Shown: one piece after another, positions 1-8,699 of the stretch
How positions within the stretch are numbered: the first letter of the stretch is position 1
Layout of the letters: each line of letters starts with the position of its first letter
NCBI GenBank assembly: GCA_016207065.1
Contig: JACQQK010000074.1
Coordinates: 1-61,235 of the forward strand
Direction: 5' to 3'
Source: Nitrospinota bacterium
GTDB taxonomy: Bacteria; Nitrospinota; Nitrospinia; Nitrospinales; JACRGP01
DNA length: 61,235 nt
Notes under the pieces: model-generated
Databases searched by the model: none
What the model saw: the letters and a program-made list of their open reading frames with translations, nothing else
What the model was told of the DNA's origin: nothing
Program-made: the position numbers and the translations under genes

Positions 1-154
1 AGTCTGGAAACTGGCGCGTCGCTTGGCTACCCACAACCAGTATTTCGCGACGTTGGGCGCAATGGTCGAGGCGGCCATGTCATGTCTTGACAGGTGGAGA
101 AAACCCAATTGCGCCTTGAGAAAATTATGCGCATAAATTAAGTCGTCATGTTTA
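1..154 (+). mobile_element. 3' end of an IS630-family element (transposase C-terminus plus right end terminating in TA)
   Basis: Manual translation of 2..136 gives VWKLARRLATHNQYFATLGAMVEAAMSCLDRWRKPNCALRKLCA*, resembling IS630 DDE transposase C-termini (ERVWK...THNRYF). A short end ...TTAAGTCGTCATGTTTA follows and finishes at a TA, the IS630 target site. Confidence 0.7.
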
Positions 155-338
155 AATGCTGGCCCCCATCGACTTCAACGATCAATCGCTTTTCATAACA
201 GATAAAATCGGCAATATATTTTCCAACAGATTCCTGGCGGCGGAATTTACAGTTTTCCAATTGCCGACTACGAAGCATCCTCCACAACTTTCTCTCGACA
301 TCTGTTGAGTTTTTTCGTAGTTTTTTTGGATCTGGCAT
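138..338 (-). pseudogene. DUF559/Vsr-like endonuclease, C-terminally truncated by the IS630 insertion
   Basis: Motifs LRKNSTDVERKLW, KFRRQ, YIADF and VEVDGGQH are present. Similarity stops right after GGQH, exactly at the IS end, and the usual ...VLRFWN tail is missing. Confidence 0.85.
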
Positions 339-358
339 ATCATTAGATTTATGTGGCC

Positions 359-393
359 ACCCTCACCCCACCCTCTCCCGACAAGGGAGAGGG
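359..393. repeat. REP-like palindrome (CCCTCACCCC-CCCTCTCCC-N5-GGGAGAGGG type)
   Basis: CCCTCTCCC gacaa GGGAGAGGG is a perfect 9-bp stem preceded by CCCTCACCCCA, immediately upstream of the DUF559 gene. Confidence 0.75.
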
Positions 394-446
394 CTCATAG
401 CATACCCCTTGTGCGGGGGGATGGCAAAGACGGCTTTTACGCCGGG

Positions 447-1208
447 CTATTTCGTCAGTTCCGCCCGTATCCAGCCCGGATGGTTGGTGATCAGGCTGTC
501 AACGCCCAGATGGGCCATGGTCTTCGCGAGGGCCGGGGAATCGACGGTCCAGACATGCAGGGAAAGGCTGGCGTGTTTCGCCTTGTGGGCCAGGCGCGAG
601 GTTATGGCGCCGCAGGCTTTCAGGCTGAGCCCGTCCATGCCCGCGTCTCCGGCTTTGTGGATCAAATCGTCGGCGGCGGGACGCCAGGCGCCGAACCGTC
701 TCGCGAACTTCGCGTTCCAATAGACCGGAATATTTGGGAATAATTTTTTGGCCCGGCTCATGACGGTCAGCGAGAACCCGGCAAGCGCGACTCGCTTCTC
801 CGGGTTTCCCGGCCGGGCCAAAACGTCCTCCAGGACCGGCAGGATTTCTTCCCCGCACTTGATCTCGACGATCAGCTTCTTGTCCGCGGGGAGGACGGCC
901 AGGACCTCATCGAGGGCGGGGATTCTTTCGCCGCTCCACTCCCGGTTTTTCCGCCCGCCGACGTCGAGGGTCTGCAACTCGGCCAGCGTGTGGCTGGCTA
1001 TGGCCCAATTTTTCCCGGCCGCGCGTTTGGCGGTTTCGTCGTGGACGGCGACGATCCGCCGGTCCTTCGAAAGGCGGACGTCGATTTCGACGCCGTCCGC
1101 GCCCCGGTCCCACGCGAGCCCGATCGCGGCCAGGGTGTTTTCCGGGGCCAGACTGGAGTCTCCCCGGTGCGCGATGATGTCCATACCGGCGGGCGGGGGC
1201 GCGGTCAC
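447..1208 (-). CDS. Glycerophosphodiester phosphodiesterase (GDPD family)
   Basis: IIAHRG, PENTLAA, EIDVRLSKD...HD, EIK, WTVD and GVDSLITN motifs. Confidence 0.95.
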   Translation of the reverse strand: MTAPPPAGMDIIAHRGDSSLAPENTLAAIGLAWDRGADGVEIDVRLSKDRRIVAVHDETAKRAAGKNWAIASHTLAELQTLDVGGRKNREWSGERIPALDEVLAVLPADKKLIVEIKCGEEILPVLEDVLARPGNPEKRVALAGFSLTVMSRAKKLFPNIPVYWNAKFARRFGAWRPAADDLIHKAGDAGMDGLSLKACGAITSRLAHKAKHASLSLHVWTVDSPALAKTMAHLGVDSLITNHPGWIRAELTK

Positions 1209-2848
1209 TCGCAGGGGAGCAGGAAGAAAAAGACGGAGCCCTTGCCCAACTGGCTGGACACCCCGACTTCGCCTCCGTGGAGGGCGATGTTTTTCTTGAC
1301 GATCGCCAGCCCGAGACCGGAACTCCGCTCGCCCCCCGTGGGTTTGGCGCTCAAGGTCCGGAACGTCCCGAACAGCAGTTTTTGCTCTTCCTCCGAAATT
1401 CCCGGCCCCTCGTCGCGCACCTCGAAGCGGACGGTCTTGCCCGCGCGTCCCGCGGAGACGACGACCTTGCTCCCCGGCGGAGAAAACTTGACCGCGTTGC
1501 CGATCAGGTTGTCGATGGCCTGGATGATCCGCATCCGGTCGAAGGCAAACGGCGGTATGGACTGGAGGTCCATCCGGATTTCGATCCTCTTGTCATGGGC
1601 CATCACCCGGTTCAACTCGACGCGGCGCCGCGCGAGATCGTTGAAATCGCCGACTGCCTTCTCCAGTCCGATCTTGCCGCTCTCGATTTTGGAAATGTCC
1701 AGGAGATTGTTCAACAGGACCTCCATCTCCTGGCCCGCGCTGTATACGTCCTTGACGAGCTTCCTTTGCTTCTCGTTGAGCGGGCCGAGGTAATCGCCCT
1801 CGCTCAAGGCCCGGCTGTAAGCGTTGACGAGATAAAGCGGGTTGCGCAAGTCGTGCGCGGCAACCCCCAGGAGCTCGATTTTCAGGTCGTTCAACTCCTT
1901 CAACTTATCGTTGTTGCCCGCGAGGATCCGGTTCTTCTCCACGATCTCCTCCTCGGCCCGGCGGCGCTCGACGGCGTCCGCGATCAGCCCGCCGATCGAG
2001 CAGAGGATCTCCTGACTGCGCTCGTACCAGGGCGGGTCCTCGTGGGTATAGAGGAACATGACGCCGACCAGCTTGCCCCGGCTCTTGAGGGGCACGATAT
2101 AATGCCCGTGGGCCGTCATCCCCTCGAACCGCCGCTCGTGACGAAGGTCGGTAAAACAATTGGAGCTGACCAGCATTTCGCCCTCCGCCGCGCTACGCCC
2201 GCACAAACAATCCCCGTAGGGGACCTCCTTGTCGCGTTCGAGAAATTCGGGCGTGAAATCCCCGATCCAGGCGAACAACTTGAGGACCCGCCGCTCCGGG
2301 TCGGCGAGAAAAATCCCCGCCTTGTTTTCCGCCTTGAGCTCGCCAAAACCGGCGATGTCCGTCAAAACCTGCCGTAGCATGGCTTCCATGCCGTCCGCGG
2401 TCTGAAGGGTTTTCGCGACGTCGTGGAGCGCCTTGTACTCCTCGGCGCGCAGGCGGACTTGTTCCTCCGCGCGCAGTTGCCGGGTCACCTCGTGCTGGAC
2501 GGCCACGTAGTTGATCACCCGGCCCGTATCCGTCCGTATGGGCGAAATGGTCAACTGGGCGTTGTAGGTCGATCCGTCCTTCCGCCGGTTGACGACGTTG
2601 CCCCGCCATACGGCGCCCTTCAGAAGTGTGGCCCACATGCCGGCATACAACTCGGGGGGGTTCATGCCGCTCTTCAATATGCGCGGGTTTTTCCCGATCG
2701 CCTCCTCGGCCGAATATCCCGTGATCGTCTCGAAGGCGGGATTGACGTAGGCAATTTCCCCGCCGGGGTCGGTGATGATCACCGCTTCCGCGAGCGACTC
2801 CACCGCTTTCGACAGCTTCTCGCTTCTGAACAGGTCCAGGTCTTCCAT
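1205..2848 (-). CDS. PAS-GAF sensor histidine kinase
   Basis: N-terminal PAS (YVNPAFETITGYS...GKNPRILKSG), GAF, H-box AHDLRNPL, NLIGNAVKF, DEGPG and GLGL. Confidence 0.93.
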   Translation of the reverse strand: MEDLDLFRSEKLSKAVESLAEAVIITDPGGEIAYVNPAFETITGYSAEEAIGKNPRILKSGMNPPELYAGMWATLLKGAVWRGNVVNRRKDGSTYNAQLTISPIRTDTGRVINYVAVQHEVTRQLRAEEQVRLRAEEYKALHDVAKTLQTADGMEAMLRQVLTDIAGFGELKAENKAGIFLADPERRVLKLFAWIGDFTPEFLERDKEVPYGDCLCGRSAAEGEMLVSSNCFTDLRHERRFEGMTAHGHYIVPLKSRGKLVGVMFLYTHEDPPWYERSQEILCSIGGLIADAVERRRAEEEIVEKNRILAGNNDKLKELNDLKIELLGVAAHDLRNPLYLVNAYSRALSEGDYLGPLNEKQRKLVKDVYSAGQEMEVLLNNLLDISKIESGKIGLEKAVGDFNDLARRRVELNRVMAHDKRIEIRMDLQSIPPFAFDRMRIIQAIDNLIGNAVKFSPPGSKVVVSAGRAGKTVRFEVRDEGPGISEEEQKLLFGTFRTLSAKPTGGERSSGLGLAIVKKNIALHGGEVGVSSQLGKGSVFFFLLPCE

Positions 2849-2852
2849 GGGG

Positions 2853-5282
2853 TCACCTCACGGATTGCGCGGGCAAGGTGATGATGAACGTGGCGCCGTT
2901 CCCCGCCCGCGATTCGACGTCGATCCGCCCGCCATATTTCTCCACGATGCGATGCACGATATTCAGGCCCAGTCCCGAGCCCTTCCCCTGGTCCTTGGTG
3001 GTGAAGAAGGGGTCGAAAATTTTCGACAGATATTCGGGAGGGATGCCCGGCCCGCTGTCCTGGATCTTGACGACGATGTTGCCGTCGTCCCGCCCGGTGG
3101 AGACGATCAACCGCCCCGTCCCTTCCATGGCCTGCACGGCGTTGGCGATGACGTTGATGAACACCTGTTGTATCTCCTCGGGCCTGGCCTTGAACAAGGG
3201 GAGGGGCGAATAGTCCTTCCTGAGTTCGATGCCGTGGGTCATCGAGGCCATCAAGGCGATCTCCAGCGAGGCGTCCAGCCGCTCGTTGATATTCACGTCC
3301 TTGGCCTGGTCCCTGATGGAGGAGCGGGTGTAGCCGGACAAATTCTGGATGATGGCCGCCATGTGCCTGGAACTGTCCAGGACTTTCCGGGCGAAGGTCT
3401 TGATCTTCGCGGCGTCCTTTTCGTCGATGATGGCCTCGATATGTCCCATGATGGAATACAGGGGGTTGTTCATTTCATGGGCGATCCCCGCCGACAGCCT
3501 CCCCAGTCCGGAAAGTTTCTCCGCCATCGCCAGTTGGTCCTGAAGGCGTTTCTCCGAGGTGATTTCCTTGAGCAAAAGGCCGACACTGCGGGGTCCCCCC
3601 TCATCGAAGGCCACGTGAAAAAACTGGTAGGCAAAAACGCGTTCGCCGAGGGTCAATATGGTCTGGGACTTGGCGGAGGAGACCGCGCCAGTCGGCGCCA
3701 GGGGGTCCCTGGGCATGTAACGTTGCGCGGCCAGGTCCCGGCTTTCCGGGCGAAAAGCCGCGGAGCGCCCGCCGGAGTATTCCCGCAATTCGCCTCCGAT
3801 CCGCGCCCAGAGTTCCTTGTATTTCAGATCGCTTTCCTCAAGGGTCTTGCCCAGGACCGGAGAGGAGTTGTTGCAGGCCAACCGCGCGAAGGCCGGGTTC
3901 ATGTACTCGACCCGGCATTTCTCGTCGAATATGAGGATGGGGTCGGGCACGCTCATCAAGACGTTTTCGGTGTACTTTTTCAAATACAGCGCCTCGCGGG
4001 TCTTTTCGCGGACCTGGTTCTCCAACCCGGAAAAGGCCTTGGCGAGGAGGTCGTTCATCGTGTTGATCTCGTTGGCCAGGATTTCGATCTCGTCCCCCGT
4101 CCGGATGGACAGCTTATCCACTTTTTCGCCGCGTCCGATGCGCCCCGCGGTCTGTTGCAATTCCCAGATGGGCTTGACGATTTTGTCCGAGGCGAAGGAA
4201 CCCATCAGGACAATCAACAGAATGGACAGGAAACCGGCGGCGGAGATCCATAAAAACAGCTTGTTGGTCGGGCCAAACAGCTCGTCCGAGGACTGCCATG
4301 CGAACGTGAACCATTCCCGGCCCGCGGACTGCTTGACGATCGCGTTGGTCTCGCGCAGGGGAGAATAGCCGATGATCGACAGCTCCTTACTCCCATGGCC
4401 GTCCCCCTGGGTTTCCGCCCAATTGGGCTCGCGACCGGTGACGCTCCGGACCAGTTCGGGGTCGGCCAGTTTGGACCCCGTCGGCAGGATGGGGCAGTCC
4501 AGCACGACGCCGTCCGAATTGATCAGCATCACGTGTCCCGTCTCGCCGAACATGATCGGTTCGATCCAGGAGGCAAAGAACTCCTTCACCCGGAAAACAT
4601 GGTGGAAGGCGCCGATCGTCTCCCCGTCGGGGCCGCGGATGGGGATGGCCATTTCCAGCAGGTACTGCTGGGTTTTCTCGTCTTTCTGCGGGTCCCCGAT
4701 GTAAGCGAAGCCCTTCCCCCCCCGCATGGCCCGTTTCCAGGAAGGGTTGCCGCGGTTCAAAAACGGGGGAAAGAAATTGACGCTGGCGACCAGCGTCCCG
4801 TAGGCGTCGGTGATGTATAGCGCGTGGGTGGGCCTGGCGGCGTTATGGTCCATCTCCAGGAAGCCGCCCAGCAGACGGCTGGCGGGGTTCTGCAACAGGG
4901 CGTTCATCCGGCCTTCCTGGGCATCCCATGCGCGGGCGTCCTCCAGGAATCCGGTTTCCATCCGGGACTCGCTCAGGGCCTTGTTGATCCGGTTCTGTTC
5001 CTTGACGGAAAGGATGATGGTGGGGTGGTTCACCATCCGGAAATTTCTCTTGATCTCCTCCCGCATCATGAAATCGATCTTGGTCGAAGTCTCGTAGGCG
5101 AGGGCCTTGAAGCTGGACCCGATGACTTCCTTGAGCGATTTGTTCCCTTGAGCGTAGGAAAAGATCATGGCCAGGAGGAGAGGCAAGGCGCCCACGACAA
5201 TCATCACGCGGATCAATTTGCCTTTAAGGCCGATTTTCCCCAGAACGCGCGGATCTTTCACGCTGGCATCGGAATTTTCCAT
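2853..5282 (-). CDS. Membrane sensor histidine kinase (2 TM, Cache-like periplasmic domain, HAMP, PAS, NtrB-type kinase)
   Basis: Two hydrophobic segments, HAMP (TGDEIEILANEINTM), H-box AHEMNNPL, DSGPG, FDPFFTTK and GLGL. ATG 5282 preferred over the longer ORF start at 5336. Confidence 0.92.
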   Translation of the reverse strand: MENSDASVKDPRVLGKIGLKGKLIRVMIVVGALPLLLAMIFSYAQGNKSLKEVIGSSFKALAYETSTKIDFMMREEIKRNFRMVNHPTIILSVKEQNRINKALSESRMETGFLEDARAWDAQEGRMNALLQNPASRLLGGFLEMDHNAARPTHALYITDAYGTLVASVNFFPPFLNRGNPSWKRAMRGGKGFAYIGDPQKDEKTQQYLLEMAIPIRGPDGETIGAFHHVFRVKEFFASWIEPIMFGETGHVMLINSDGVVLDCPILPTGSKLADPELVRSVTGREPNWAETQGDGHGSKELSIIGYSPLRETNAIVKQSAGREWFTFAWQSSDELFGPTNKLFLWISAAGFLSILLIVLMGSFASDKIVKPIWELQQTAGRIGRGEKVDKLSIRTGDEIEILANEINTMNDLLAKAFSGLENQVREKTREALYLKKYTENVLMSVPDPILIFDEKCRVEYMNPAFARLACNNSSPVLGKTLEESDLKYKELWARIGGELREYSGGRSAAFRPESRDLAAQRYMPRDPLAPTGAVSSAKSQTILTLGERVFAYQFFHVAFDEGGPRSVGLLLKEITSEKRLQDQLAMAEKLSGLGRLSAGIAHEMNNPLYSIMGHIEAIIDEKDAAKIKTFARKVLDSSRHMAAIIQNLSGYTRSSIRDQAKDVNINERLDASLEIALMASMTHGIELRKDYSPLPLFKARPEEIQQVFINVIANAVQAMEGTGRLIVSTGRDDGNIVVKIQDSGPGIPPEYLSKIFDPFFTTKDQGKGSGLGLNIVHRIVEKYGGRIDVESRAGNGATFIITLPAQSVR

Positions 5283-5567
5283 ACGCAGAACCCTTCCAGC
5301 CCATCCCGCGCCCCAAAGATATACCAATAAAATCAACTAGTTTGACAGGGCTCGACAGGGATCTGGCCGGGATTGCCCCAACGGTTGAATTAATTAAAAA
5401 TATAGTTGCCAAAATTAATTTCGCAACCCATATTTGATTCAGTTACATGGAGCGAGGGGTGATCGTCATCCCTTTCCCGTGATGTGGCGAGCCGTCTTGA
5501 GCCGATGATTTTATGATAGCACGAGGCCCGGCCCCTTCGTAAACACATCTTACAAGGAGGATTGGCT

Positions 5568-5963
5568 ATGGTTGTAGGAAAAATTCTGGTTATCGACGAC
5601 GAAAAGAACGTGCGCGACGTTATCCGGTTGCATCTGGAACAAGCGGGTTTCCATATTCTGGAGGCAGGCAATGGCGAGGAAGGCATCTCCCTCTTGAAGG
5701 AAGAAAACAACATGGTCAATGTCGGGGTGATCCTGTGCGATATCCGGATGCCCAAGGTCAACGGGATCGAGATGATCGACTACTTGAGACAAGAGGCGCC
5801 GGGCATACCCATCGCCGTGATCACGGGATACCCGGACACCGAACTGGCGGTGTCCCTGCTGAAAAAGGGGGTAAAAGACTACCTGGTGAAACCCATCGAA
5901 AAGGAAAAACTGCTGGAGACGGTGGAGCGGCTCGTCGCGGCGGGCAAGGATTTTGAGTATTGA
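5568..5963 (+). CDS. Single-domain response regulator (REC)
   Basis: ILVIDDE, CDIRMP, ITG and KP motifs. AGGAGG SD lies upstream of ATG 5568. Divergent from the kinase pair. Confidence 0.93.
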   Translation: MVVGKILVIDDEKNVRDVIRLHLEQAGFHILEAGNGEEGISLLKEENNMVNVGVILCDIRMPKVNGIEMIDYLRQEAPGIPIAVITGYPDTELAVSLLKKGVKDYLVKPIEKEKLLETVERLVAAGKDFEY

Positions 5964-6001
5964 TCGCTCCCCCCACGGCGTTAATCCGTCCGAGGAAAAA
6001 C

Positions 6002-6041
6002 AGGGCCTTGCAAGCGTCCCGGTTGCAAAGCCCTTTTTTTT
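6002..6041 (+). terminator. Putative intrinsic terminator after the response regulator
   Basis: Imperfect stem AGGGC-CTTGCAA...TTGCAA-AGCCCT followed by a T run. Confidence 0.6.
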
Positions 6042-6063
6042 CGTCTAAAGTAACGCCAAGATT

Positions 6064-6411
6064 ATGAAAATGATCAAGTGCTACATCCAGCACGAAAAAT
6101 TGGAGGACGTGAGGGAAAAGCTGTTTGAGTTGGGCGTTCCCGGCTTGTCGGTCGTCGACGTCCGCGGCATCGGCAAACCCATGAGCCAACTGAGGTCCGA
6201 CCCCGCGATGAAAGGCAAAAGGCTCCCCCATTTTCTGCCGCGGGTCGAATTGACGGTCGTTTTGGAAAACGAGGCGGTGGACGAGGTCGTCAACATGCTG
6301 ACCGCCACGCTCCGCACGGGCAATCTGGGCGACGGCAAGATTTTCATTCTTCCCGTGGAGGACGCCATACGGATTCGCACCGGGGAGCGGGGCCATCAAG
6401 CCCTTTACTAG
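6064..6411 (+). CDS. PII-family signal transduction protein (atypical T-loop)
   Basis: B-loop TGNLGDGKIF and C-terminal RIRTGERG are conserved. The T-loop is non-canonical. Confidence 0.92.
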   Translation: MKMIKCYIQHEKLEDVREKLFELGVPGLSVVDVRGIGKPMSQLRSDPAMKGKRLPHFLPRVELTVVLENEAVDEVVNMLTATLRTGNLGDGKIFILPVEDAIRIRTGERGHQALY

Positions 6412-6515
6412 CCAGCGTGAACGCTGGACTCATTACCGTCCCAGCGCAAGCGCGGGGCGGCGTTGCCCCGGGGGACCGTCCCCGGCGTCATCGCCGCGTC
6501 GCCTCCGGGCGTTGC
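6412..6515. repeat. Modular palindromic intergenic repeat, copy 1
   Basis: Clear similarity to 46614-46723 (CCAGCGTGA.CGCTGGA.TCATTACCG.CCC.GCGCAAGCGCGGGGCGGC...GCGTCATCGCCGCGT.GCCTCCGGGCG). Confidence 0.85.
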
Positions 6516-6580
6516 GCTCGCCGACCCGTCCCCCTTCCCTGGAATCGTCACTCTCGTAACCTTTGCCGGTCGCGGGTTCA

Positions 6581-7297
6581 TTGATATCCGAAAACCTCGC
6601 TTTGGTGAAAAACCGAATAGCCGAGGCCGCCCGGAAGGCGGGCCGGTCCCCGGGAGGCGTCCGCCTGGTGGCCGTCTCCAAGGGCGTGCCGGCGGACCGG
6701 ATAAACCGGGCGAGGGACGCGGGGGCGACGCTGTTCGGGGAAAACAAGGCCCAGGAAGCCATGGGGAAAATAGCCCAATTGGGCAGAGTTGGCATTTCCT
6801 GGCATTTCATCGGCCATCTGCAGAAAAACAAGGCCAAATACGTCCTGGACCTGTTCGACATGGTCCATTCCGTGGACAGTCTCGCGCTGGCCGGGGCGAT
6901 CCACGGGGAAGCCCTGAAGCGCGGCGCGGTCATGCCCATTTTGCTCCAGGTCAACGTCTCCGGGGAGGAATCGAAATTCGGAGCGGCCCCCGGCGAGTTG
7001 GAGGACCTGCTGTCCGGGATTTCCCGGTTGAGCGGGGTCCGCGTCCGCGGGTTGATGACCATTCCCCCCTATGACCCCGACCCGGAAGCGTCGCGGAGGC
7101 ATTTCGCGCGGTTGCGCGAGATCCGCGACCGGCTTGCCGGACTGAATATCGAGAATGTTTCGCTGGACGAATTGTCCATGGGGATGTCCAACGATTTCGC
7201 GATCGCCGTCGAGGAGGGCGCGACCTTGGTGCGCGTGGGCACGGCGATTTTTGGCGAACGACCGGAAACCGCTAATGGGAGGAATAAAGCGTGCTGA
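6581..7297 (+). CDS. yggS: YggS/PipY pyridoxal-phosphate homeostasis protein
   Basis: LVAVSK, FGEN, WHFIGHLQKNK, GLMTIPP, LSMGMSND and VRVGTAIFG motifs. Start is approximate (TTG). Confidence 0.96.
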   Translation: MISENLALVKNRIAEAARKAGRSPGGVRLVAVSKGVPADRINRARDAGATLFGENKAQEAMGKIAQLGRVGISWHFIGHLQKNKAKYVLDLFDMVHSVDSLALAGAIHGEALKRGAVMPILLQVNVSGEESKFGAAPGELEDLLSGISRLSGVRVRGLMTIPPYDPDPEASRRHFARLREIRDRLAGLNIENVSLDELSMGMSNDFAIAVEEGATLVRVGTAIFGERPETANGRNKAC

Positions 7298-8175
7298 GGA
7301 ATAAAACGTTGGGATTCATCGGGGGAGGCAACATGGCCGAGGCCATGGTCAAGGGGCTGTTGTCCGCGGCCTTCGTCGAGGCGAAAAACGTCATCGTCTC
7401 CGACCCGCTCCCGGCGCGGCAGGATTTTTTGCGTCGCGAGTACAAGGTGCGGGCCGTGTCCGACAACCGCGAAGCGGCGGAAAAAAGCGACGTCGTCATC
7501 ATCGCCGTCAAGCCCCAGTCCATCCGCAAGGCGTTGCAAGGGATCGGCGATTTGGTCCACGAGAACAAGCTCGTGATCTCGGTGGCCGCGGGGATATCGA
7601 TCGGCGCCATCGAATTCTACCTGAACGCCGACGCCGCGAAAAAAATTCCCGTGGTGCGCACCATGCCCAACACCCCCGCCCTCGTCCAGGAAGCGGTCAC
7701 CGCCATCGCCTGTTGCAAGCACGTCTCCAAGACCGACATGCAAATCGCCCACCGGATCTTCGAGGCCATCGGCAAAACCGTCGACGTGGAGGAAATCCTC
7801 CTGAACGCCGTCACCGGCCTCAGCGGTAGCGGCCCGGCTTACGTTTTCATGATCATCGAGGCGCTTTCGGACGCCGGGGTGAAGATGGGATTGTCCCGCG
7901 AGGTCGCCAATATCCTCACGATCCAGACCGTCCTCGGCTCGGCCAAACTGGCCCTGGAAAGCGGCAAACATCCCGGTCAGTTGAAGGACATGGTGACCTC
8001 GCCCGGCGGGACCACCATATCCGCGCTTCATACCTTGGAAGCGGGAGGGCTTAGGACAACTCTCATGGATGCCGTGGAGGCGGCCACCAAGAGGTCGGAG
8101 GAACTGGGCATCATGGCCTTGAAAAAAGATCTGGACGAAGAGACCGAATCCGACCCAAAACAAGAAACTAATTGA
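7291..8175 (+). CDS. proC: Pyrroline-5-carboxylate reductase
   Basis: GFIGGGNMA, AVKPQ, RTMPNTP, TGLSGSGPAY and VTSPGGTT motifs. Classic synteny with yggS. Confidence 0.97.
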   Translation: MLRNKTLGFIGGGNMAEAMVKGLLSAAFVEAKNVIVSDPLPARQDFLRREYKVRAVSDNREAAEKSDVVIIAVKPQSIRKALQGIGDLVHENKLVISVAAGISIGAIEFYLNADAAKKIPVVRTMPNTPALVQEAVTAIACCKHVSKTDMQIAHRIFEAIGKTVDVEEILLNAVTGLSGSGPAYVFMIIEALSDAGVKMGLSREVANILTIQTVLGSAKLALESGKHPGQLKDMVTSPGGTTISALHTLEAGGLRTTLMDAVEAATKRSEELGIMALKKDLDEETESDPKQETN

Positions 8176-8238
8176 TTTTATTGAATATGACCGTCTTCGG
8201 GCGCGAAAGAAAATCGCCCCCAATATCATCCTGCCCTA

Positions 8239-8267
8239 TTGACAGGATCCGGATGGCTTCCTATATT
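8239..8267 (+). promoter_or_regulatory. Sigma70-type promoter
   Basis: TTGACA (8239-8244), 17-bp spacer, TATATT (8262-8267). Confidence 0.75.
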
Positions 8268-8273
8268 TATTTT

Positions 8274-8452
8274 GAGGGCCGAGAAGAAGCTCGACTCTCT
8301 TATAGCCGAAGGGAAGAGGGTTTGTGGAGTAAAACAGCGAGGAACCGATCGGCTATAAAACCGGAGGGGTTGCTCAGTTTCGTCAGAAACTAAGAAGTAT
8401 CGCCCGAGCAACCCCCAAAGGGGGAGAGCCCCGAATTGGGCTCTCTTTTTTT
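8274..8452 (+). ncRNA. Candidate ~180-nt structured small RNA (identity unknown; 6S-like size)
   Basis: Bounded by a consensus promoter and a terminator. Stems TTATAGCCGA/TCGGCTATAA and GGGGTTGCTC/GAGCAACCCC. No convincing ORF. Confidence 0.6.
8424..8452 (+). terminator. Intrinsic terminator
   Basis: GAGAGCCC-cgaatt-GGGCTCTC followed by T7. Confidence 0.85.
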
Positions 8453-8459
8453 GCCCGAT

Positions 8460-8699
8460 TTACCGGGCCTTGTATTTCTGCCACTCTCCCCACACCCCCA
8501 TACCCAGCCCAAAAATCATCAACAGCGAGGGAAGCAGGACCTCCTCCGGTTTCGTGAAATAGAGAAAGAGCATGACCAGGACCCCGCCCATGGCGACGGT
8601 CACGCCGATGTACACGTTCCCGATCCCTTTCGCGAAAAGCTCGGGGTCTTTAATCTGCCTTCTAAATTCCGGTTTCAGTTCGACGCGCCACATGGTCAA
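8460..8699 (-). CDS. Small two-TM hypothetical membrane protein
   Basis: 79 aa with two hydrophobic segments. Start overlaps the larE stop, implying translational coupling. Confidence 0.75.
   Translation of the reverse strand: MTMWRVELKPEFRRQIKDPELFAKGIGNVYIGVTVAMGGVLVMLFLYFTKPEEVLLPSLLMIFGLGMGVWGEWQKYKAR

Noticed and set aside
6412-6515. Repeats as a CRISPR array
   Set aside because: Copies are dispersed rather than tandem with unique spacers, and no cas genes are present.
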